DNA of 64,000 nucleotides from an uncultured Candidatus Saccharibacteria bacterium. Its GTDB lineage: Bacteria; Patescibacteriota; Minisyncoccia; Phycocordibacterales; SBAW01. The notes below the pieces were generated by a model. The model ran no database searches. It worked only from the letters and a program-made list of their open reading frames with translations, and was not told the origin of the DNA. The stretch covers positions 333,091 through 397,090 of the forward strand of contig CAZMIU010000001.1 of the NCBI GenBank assembly GCA_964566795.1. Reading direction: 5' to 3'. The translations under genes and the position numbers were made by a program. Positions 56,738-64,000 of this stretch are shown here, piece after piece (position 1 is the first letter of the stretch; every line of letters starts with the position of its first letter).

Positions 56738-57328
56738 TCAAATTGCGCCCAATTCTTCAAATACGCGGCGGTACTGGTCTATAGCCACGCGCATGTCGCG
56801 CTCGGTCAGGTTGTAGGCCTCGCCGCCGTGGGCCACTTCATTGCGCACCTTGTGCGCCTTCCAAGCCAAGTCGAGTGTCGTAAGCTGGAAGGGGTTTGCC
56901 ATCTTAAGCTGGTCCCCCACGCTCGTGCCCTCATAGCCCACCTCCAAGAGCACGGCCGAGAGCATAATGTCGGCCTCGAGTATTGCGCGCCGCCAGTCGC
57001 TTTGGTTGCCTGATGAAGCAAGCTCCATAACGCGGCGCCAGCGCTCCTGCTGCGGCGGAGTTTCCTCCATGTGCGCCTCGTGCACCTGGTGCACCTCCTT
57101 GGCATGAAAGCCCTCATGCTCAACCATCACCAGCCGTATCTGGAAGTACACGAGCAGTATCAGGAGCAGGAGTGTCAGCACCATGCCCCAAATGACAATC
57201 TGCAGCGAGACAAACGACACCCACGACGGGAGCGTGGCCCACAGCTCTCCGATACTGAAGCTCCCAGACAATTCATACACCCGGGTAAGGATGTACTCAA
57301 GGTTAAAAAAATTTACTCCCTGGCTCAC
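56738..57328 (-). CDS. conserved membrane-anchored hypothetical protein
   Basis: W..AILEAD..L..G..VG..LK..AW.AHKVRN..AH; TACAAT-N6-GTG. Confidence 0.75.
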   Translation of the reverse strand: MSQGVNFFNLEYILTRVYELSGSFSIGELWATLPSWVSFVSLQIVIWGMVLTLLLLILLVYFQIRLVMVEHEGFHAKEVHQVHEAHMEETPPQQERWRRVMELASSGNQSDWRRAILEADIMLSAVLLEVGYEGTSVGDQLKMANPFQLTTLDLAWKAHKVRNEVAHGGEAYNLTERDMRVAIDQYRRVFEELGAI

Positions 57329-57332
57329 GCTA

Positions 57333-58739
57333 CTATTGTAGCTCCTTTCCAAGGGTCATGAGCCCTGCCTCATCCCCATGTGCCGCCATACACTGAAAGC
57401 CGACAGGAAGCTCAGCACCGTCTCTTATAACCGTGCCCATAGGTACCGATACGGCGGGGTTGCCGGTGATGTTTGCTGTCACGGTAAAGATGTCGGCCAG
57501 ATATGCCGTAAGCGGGTCAGACTTCTCCCCTATCTTCCAGGCGGCCATGGGCATAGTGGGCATCACAATCGCGTCCACGCGCTCTAGCACCTCGGCAACC
57601 TCCCGGCGCAGGGCCTCGCGTGCGGCTCCTGCGCGGCCATAGTACGCGTCGTAGTAGCCCGAGGAGAGCACATAGGTGCCAAGCATAATGCGGCGGCGCG
57701 TCTCTGGGCCAAAGCCCTCGGCACGGCTTATGGCGTAGTCCTCATGCAAAGACTCCCCCTTTTTTGAGAGCCCGTAGCGTACGCCGTCAAAGCGCGACAG
57801 GTTAGCCGACACCTCGGCAAAGTTAATAATGTAGTAGGTGGCCAGGGCGTAGGAGAGTGACGGTATCTCTACATCGACAATCTCATAGCCTTTGGCGCGG
57901 AGTACTTCTGTCTTTGCATCAAACGCGGCGCGGATGTCTGGCTCGAGCCCCTGCTCAAGCAGGCTGCGCGGCACGCCCACTTTTTTTATGCGAGCTTTAG
58001 CCGGGTAGATTGTAGGGTCGATGGAGGTGCTGTCGAGCGAGTCATGGCCCGCGATAGCACTAAGCAGCAGTTCTGCGTCCTCAACTGTTTTTGCCAGAGG
58101 CCCGCACTGGTCAAATGATGACGCCGCGGCTATCAGGCCAAAGCGGGAGACAAGCCCATAGGTGGGCTTCAATCCCACCACCCCGCAAAAGCTCGCTGGG
58201 TTGCGCACCGAGCCGCCCGTGTCGGTCCCAAGCGCGCCAAGTGCCATACCTGCGGCAACGGCCGCTGCAGAGCCGCCCGATGTGCCGCCGGCCACACGCG
58301 TTGGGTCGTGTGGGTTGCGGGTCACGCCGTAGGCGGAGTTCTCGGTCGAGCCGCCCAAGGCAAACTCGTCCATGTTGGTGCGGCCCACAAACACCGCCCC
58401 GGCGGCCCTGAGTTTCCTTATCACCGTCGCGTCATACGTAGCCACATAGTGCTCGAGCATCTTAGATGCGGCAGAGGCTTTTTTGCCCTCAATCAAAATA
58501 TTGTCTTTTATCGCAAGCGGTATGCCCAAAAGCGTATGGCTCTCGCCTGCCTTGCGGCGGGCATCTGCGGCCTCGGCCTGCGCAAGCACATCATCAAACA
58601 CCTCAAGGTATACATTGAGCTCCTTATTGCGCGCCTCGACGTTGGCCAAGCATGCGCGCGCCAAGTCCACAGCCGTTATCTCGCCTGCGGCGAGTTTTAC
58701 TCCAGCCTCTTTAATTGTCAGGTCGGTAAGACTACTCAT
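57333..58739 (-). CDS. gatA: Glu/Asp-tRNA amidotransferase subunit A
   Basis: IKDN, GGTSGGS, DTGGSVR, RRIMLGT. Confidence 0.97.
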   Translation of the reverse strand: MSSLTDLTIKEAGVKLAAGEITAVDLARACLANVEARNKELNVYLEVFDDVLAQAEAADARRKAGESHTLLGIPLAIKDNILIEGKKASAASKMLEHYVATYDATVIRKLRAAGAVFVGRTNMDEFALGGSTENSAYGVTRNPHDPTRVAGGTSGGSAAAVAAGMALGALGTDTGGSVRNPASFCGVVGLKPTYGLVSRFGLIAAASSFDQCGPLAKTVEDAELLLSAIAGHDSLDSTSIDPTIYPAKARIKKVGVPRSLLEQGLEPDIRAAFDAKTEVLRAKGYEIVDVEIPSLSYALATYYIINFAEVSANLSRFDGVRYGLSKKGESLHEDYAISRAEGFGPETRRRIMLGTYVLSSGYYDAYYGRAGAAREALRREVAEVLERVDAIVMPTMPMAAWKIGEKSDPLTAYLADIFTVTANITGNPAVSVPMGTVIRDGAELPVGFQCMAAHGDEAGLMTLGKELQ

Positions 58740-59034
58740 CTTTTTGGATTATCTTGCGCACGACATTGTACCCGCCCTCCTCTTTGGGGAACGCGGCCTG
58801 CACCGCCTGCTCGCGGTTCGCGAGCGGGTCCGCGGCGTCGCGCACCATGTCCTCGCGCATTACGTTGTGCCAGAGGCCCGGGTCCTCTTTCTTGTCTGGC
58901 ATGGGCACAGCACTTATCTGCCCCACGTAGTCCAAAATGTTGGAGATATCCTTCTGCAGAGCCTCCTCCTCGGCCGGCGACAATTTAAGCCGCGCCAGCC
59001 CCGCTAAGTTCTTAATATCCTCAAGCGAAATCAT
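58732..59034 (-). CDS. gatC: Glu/Asp-tRNA amidotransferase subunit C
   Basis: LAGLARL..ILDY..NVMRED. Confidence 0.92.
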   Translation of the reverse strand: MISLEDIKNLAGLARLKLSPAEEEALQKDISNILDYVGQISAVPMPDKKEDPGLWHNVMREDMVRDAADPLANREQAVQAAFPKEEGGYNVVRKIIQKDE

Positions 59035-59048
59035 GTGGCCACTATACC

Positions 59049-61064
<2,016 letters not shown>

Positions 61065-61075
61065 TTACATCCTAA

Positions 61076-61600
61076 TTAGTAGCTAACGCGCAGCGTACGT
61101 TCGAGACGCGCTGCGCCCGTTGTGCCGCAGTTGTTGTAGCCTTTAGATATGATAGTGGTATAGAGTATGCCTCCTTGCGTAAATTTGCCCACCTCCACGC
61201 GCGCGCAGTAGGTAAACTGCGGCAGCATACTAAGCGTAAACGTTGTCGTTGCCGCGGTAGCTGTGTTGGCAATAGCCCACGGGGTCCAGCCCGTCGGCGG
61301 CGTTGCAATAGGAGTGGGCGGCGTGCCGTTTGCCGCAATATCCTGGCCGTTGCAGTTTATGTCGGAGGCCCACACCGAGTCGCTCGATGTGCCGAACGCG
61401 CTCTCATTGGTGTTGTACTTGGAGTCCCAATACAAGGCGCACTCTACCCCGGAGTCTGCGGCATAGATAGCGTATTGCGACTGGCTCGCCGCCGCAGAGA
61501 GGTCAATCTCGCGCACTGTAAGGTCATAGATAGCAAAGCCCACCGCCAAAGAGAGGCTCCCCACCAACATCGCAAAAAATATAGTAAAGCCTTTATTCAT
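61076..61600 (-). CDS. PilX-like minor pilin
   Basis: KGF then hydrophobic helix, AIYAADSGVECA. Confidence 0.8.
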   Translation of the reverse strand: MNKGFTIFFAMLVGSLSLAVGFAIYDLTVREIDLSAAASQSQYAIYAADSGVECALYWDSKYNTNESAFGTSSDSVWASDINCNGQDIAANGTPPTPIATPPTGWTPWAIANTATAATTTFTLSMLPQFTYCARVEVGKFTQGGILYTTIISKGYNNCGTTGAARLERTLRVSY

Positions 61601-61604
61601 ACGT

Positions 61605-62135
61605 TTATTGCCAGTCTGTCAGGTTCTCTCTCACGCTAACCGTGCGTGTCAGGCCAGACTGCGCGCGCCATGTCACCACAACGGAGAGTACGGTCTCGCC
61701 TGTCTCGCCGGTCGATGGTGTCGAGAGCGTAATGGTACGTCTAAACTGCTGCGGCGTTGCGTTGCCAAGCCCATAGGTAAACAATACCTGAGTGCCGTTC
61801 TCATACCTGTTTAAGACCGGGCAAGTGCCCGAGCAGGCATCAACGTCTGCCGTTGAGGGCTCTATTGTGCAGCCGTCGGCACCCGTGCACGCGGTCAGGT
61901 TAGTGAGCCACGGGTTGCCCGAGAGTTTGTTGCTGTCGCGCACGAACCGCACATACTCCACCGCCTCCTGTGCCAGGTAAAACGCCACCATTTGGTCGCG
62001 GGCAATAAGCGAGGCCGAGAGCCCTTTGGCGGCAATGGTAAGCGGCCCCGCAAGAGCGGTCGCGAGCAGCAAGACCGCAATGAGCGTCTCTATCAGGGTA
62101 AATCCCTGCACTATGTGTTTAATTCTATTGATCAT
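61605..62135 (-). CDS. type IV minor pilin (PilV-like)
   Basis: GFTLIE, AFYLAQE.VE..R. Confidence 0.88.
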   Translation of the reverse strand: MINRIKHIVQGFTLIETLIAVLLLATALAGPLTIAAKGLSASLIARDQMVAFYLAQEAVEYVRFVRDSNKLSGNPWLTNLTACTGADGCTIEPSTADVDACSGTCPVLNRYENGTQVLFTYGLGNATPQQFRRTITLSTPSTGETGETVLSVVVTWRAQSGLTRTVSVRENLTDWQ

Positions 62136-62706
62136 AGAGTCTTTGCGCTACAGAGGTCTGCAAGTCAAACGTCGACGTCTGCAAGCCGCCCACTGGCACC
62201 TCGCCCGAGAGGTATATAGCAACATACGGCTGCAGAGCCGTGTCCTCTGCGCCTTTGACATAAAATTCCAGGTTGGTTACGGTCACCTCGGAGGCCGTAA
62301 GCGGCGCGTAGGAGCCGCCGTTTTTAGACACAAGCACTGCTGTGCCGCTGGAGGAGCATGACGAACCGTTGCCCAGGCAGTAGCGTACAGACTGCCCCTC
62401 GGCCGAGCGGAACGCCATCGAGGTTGCGCCGGTGGCGCAGTCGCGCGGGCTGGTCACAGTGCCCACCGACACATCGCAGTGGTAGTTAACGCCGGTGCGC
62501 ATCGAACGCGACATTGCGTCAAGCGAGAAGTTGAGGTTATTGATAACCGACTTAAGCGTCTGCGCCTTGCGGTCCGACTCCGACATTGCAAGGAGCGCCC
62601 CAAGCGCCATGGTCATAACCGTGGCAAAAATCGCAACCGACACCAAAATCTCGATGAGCGTAAAGCCCTTGTTTAACGTTTGAAATTTGAGATGTGGAAA
62701 TTTCAT
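62125..62706 (-). CDS. type IV minor pilin (PilW-like)
   Basis: GFTLIE prepilin motif. Confidence 0.88.
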   Translation of the reverse strand: MKFPHLKFQTLNKGFTLIEILVSVAIFATVMTMALGALLAMSESDRKAQTLKSVINNLNFSLDAMSRSMRTGVNYHCDVSVGTVTSPRDCATGATSMAFRSAEGQSVRYCLGNGSSCSSSGTAVLVSKNGGSYAPLTASEVTVTNLEFYVKGAEDTALQPYVAIYLSGEVPVGGLQTSTFDLQTSVAQRLYDQ

Positions 62707-62709
62707 ATC

Positions 62710-63432
62710 TTAGCAAGCTGCCACACCGGCAGCGTCCAGGTTTGGCTTGCATACGGCAATCTGACCCGTGCTCGTTATTTTTATCGTGCGCCAATCGCTG
62801 TTTGCCGCAGATGAGCGCAGTTGTATGTAGGCGTAGTCATAGGTAGGCGGCGTGGTAGCGGTAGCACACGCAGTTGGCACATCATCTGTTGCAAAGCAGG
62901 CATCCGGGTTGGGACGCCTAAAATATACCGACACCCAGTTGAGCCTGGGCGAGGTTGCAGGGTTGCTTGAGGTACACTTGTCGCCGCTGCTAATGGAGTG
63001 CGCGCAAATGTTCTTAATGACATAGTCCGCACCAGTGGAGCGGCCGTTGCCTATAGTAAAGCGCGGCAACTCCTCTCCGGCCAAGTACTGCCCGTTGCCG
63101 TTGGCATCGGCAAACATAAGGTAGTGGTTAAAGTCGGCAAGCCCGGAGTTTTGCGAGAAAAACACCCCATAGCCCGGTGCAAACACGCCCGAGCCCGCGG
63201 CGCTCTCGCGCACAGATACGCCATACACCTGTGCCTGGCGCACCGAGAGCGCCACGCTGTAGGAGAGGCTGCGCAGGAGTGTCGCGCTGTTAAAGCCCTG
63301 CTGCCTAAACAGCACAAAGCCGGTGATAAGCACAATAATGAGCGACACCACCAACAGCTCGATAAGCGTAAAGCCGCGCTGCGCGCGGGTCAGTTTAGAA
63401 AAGAAGCGGCAAAGACGAGAAAAGGTCGACAT
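62710..63432 (-). CDS. type IV pilin (FimT/GspH-like)
   Basis: RGFTLIELLVV, R.AQ. Confidence 0.85.
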   Translation of the reverse strand: MSTFSRLCRFFSKLTRAQRGFTLIELLVVSLIIVLITGFVLFRQQGFNSATLLRSLSYSVALSVRQAQVYGVSVRESAAGSGVFAPGYGVFFSQNSGLADFNHYLMFADANGNGQYLAGEELPRFTIGNGRSTGADYVIKNICAHSISSGDKCTSSNPATSPRLNWVSVYFRRPNPDACFATDDVPTACATATTPPTYDYAYIQLRSSAANSDWRTIKITSTGQIAVCKPNLDAAGVAAC

Positions 63433-64000
63433 GCAGGGCATAGGCACACCATGCACCCATAATAAGGAACGGGGCAAAGGGTACTTCGCTTTTCATTGTA
63501 TATCTATTTTTTGCCAGGGCGAGCAGCACAAGCCCTACAACGGCACCCGACCAAAAGGCAATCATAAGCGCCGTAAGCCCTGCCGTAAGCCCAAGCAGCC
63601 AGCCCACAGATAGCTCCAAGAACCCGTCGCCCAACCCCATCCAGCGCCCCCCGGATATAAGCGACAGCAAGAGGAGCGGCAGCGCAAGCACCGGACCCGA
63701 CCACCATGTACCCCACGCTCCCCCGCCCTGGCCCCACAGCCCCAACAGCACCCCGCCCAAAGAGAGCGCCATGAGCGTGAGCGAGGCGGACCATGGGATA
63801 ATTTTGTGCCTGAGATCATACACAAGCACAAACAGGAGCGTCATCCACACCACAAACCAGTACGCAAACCACAGCGGCTCGGGAGAGCTGCTGTACGCCA
63901 CAACCGCAACAGCCGCCGCGGCTGCCTCTACCGCCGGATACTGCACAGAGATGCGCGTGCGGCAGTAGCGGCACCGCCCGCGCAAGAAGGCGTACGAGAG
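63395..64000 (-). CDS. pilD: prepilin peptidase (5' end outside window)
   Basis: GRCRYC..ISVQYP.VE, YDLRH, MGLGD, PFAPFL. Confidence 0.93.
   Translation of the reverse strand, partial: LSYAFLRGRCRYCRTRISVQYPAVEAAAAAVAVVAYSSSPEPLWFAYWFVVWMTLLFVLVYDLRHKIIPWSASLTLMALSLGGVLLGLWGQGGGAWGTWWSGPVLALPLLLLSLISGGRWMGLGDGFLELSVGWLLGLTAGLTALMIAFWSGAVVGLVLLALAKNRYTMKSEVPFAPFLIMGAWCAYALHVDLFSSLPLLF

Overview
Chromosomal window from what looks like a Patescibacteria/CPR (Parcubacteria-like) bacterium. This is inferred from gene content and style, using genetic code 11. Left arm (1-19.1 kb): mostly minus-strand small housekeeping and surface genes (cyclophilin, GDSL esterase, DEAD-box helicase, GH18, typA, ABC-F), starting with an ArsR-type HTH gene tied to four copies of a GTGTTTTGCAAAACAC palindrome. 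Middle (~19.2-48.2 kb): a visibly more AT-rich composite island ending at tRNA-Gln(CTG), delimited by three related att-like sites. It carries a PHP-ATPase (Ppl-like) defence gene, a ParB-DNA methyltransferase, a large serine recombinase, a Zn/Cd ATPase, cyoBCD without cyoA, dsbA/dsbA/dsbB/surA, an orphan atpB, a membrane-anchored NirK whose type-1 Cu axial Met is Leu, and a CsoR-CopA copper module. Right arm (48.3-64 kb): pyrG, ftsEX, prfB, gatCA, ligA, type IV pilin genes and five more tRNAs (six in total). Two tRNAs have HNH genes wedged between promoter and tRNA. Two others are followed by structured ~125-190 nt elements built from direct and inverted copies of their own 3' ends. prfB starts 1 nt after a tRNA CCA end. 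Many genes have a TAnnnT-N6-ATG (leaderless) start. All family calls are by-eye motif recognition, not database searches.
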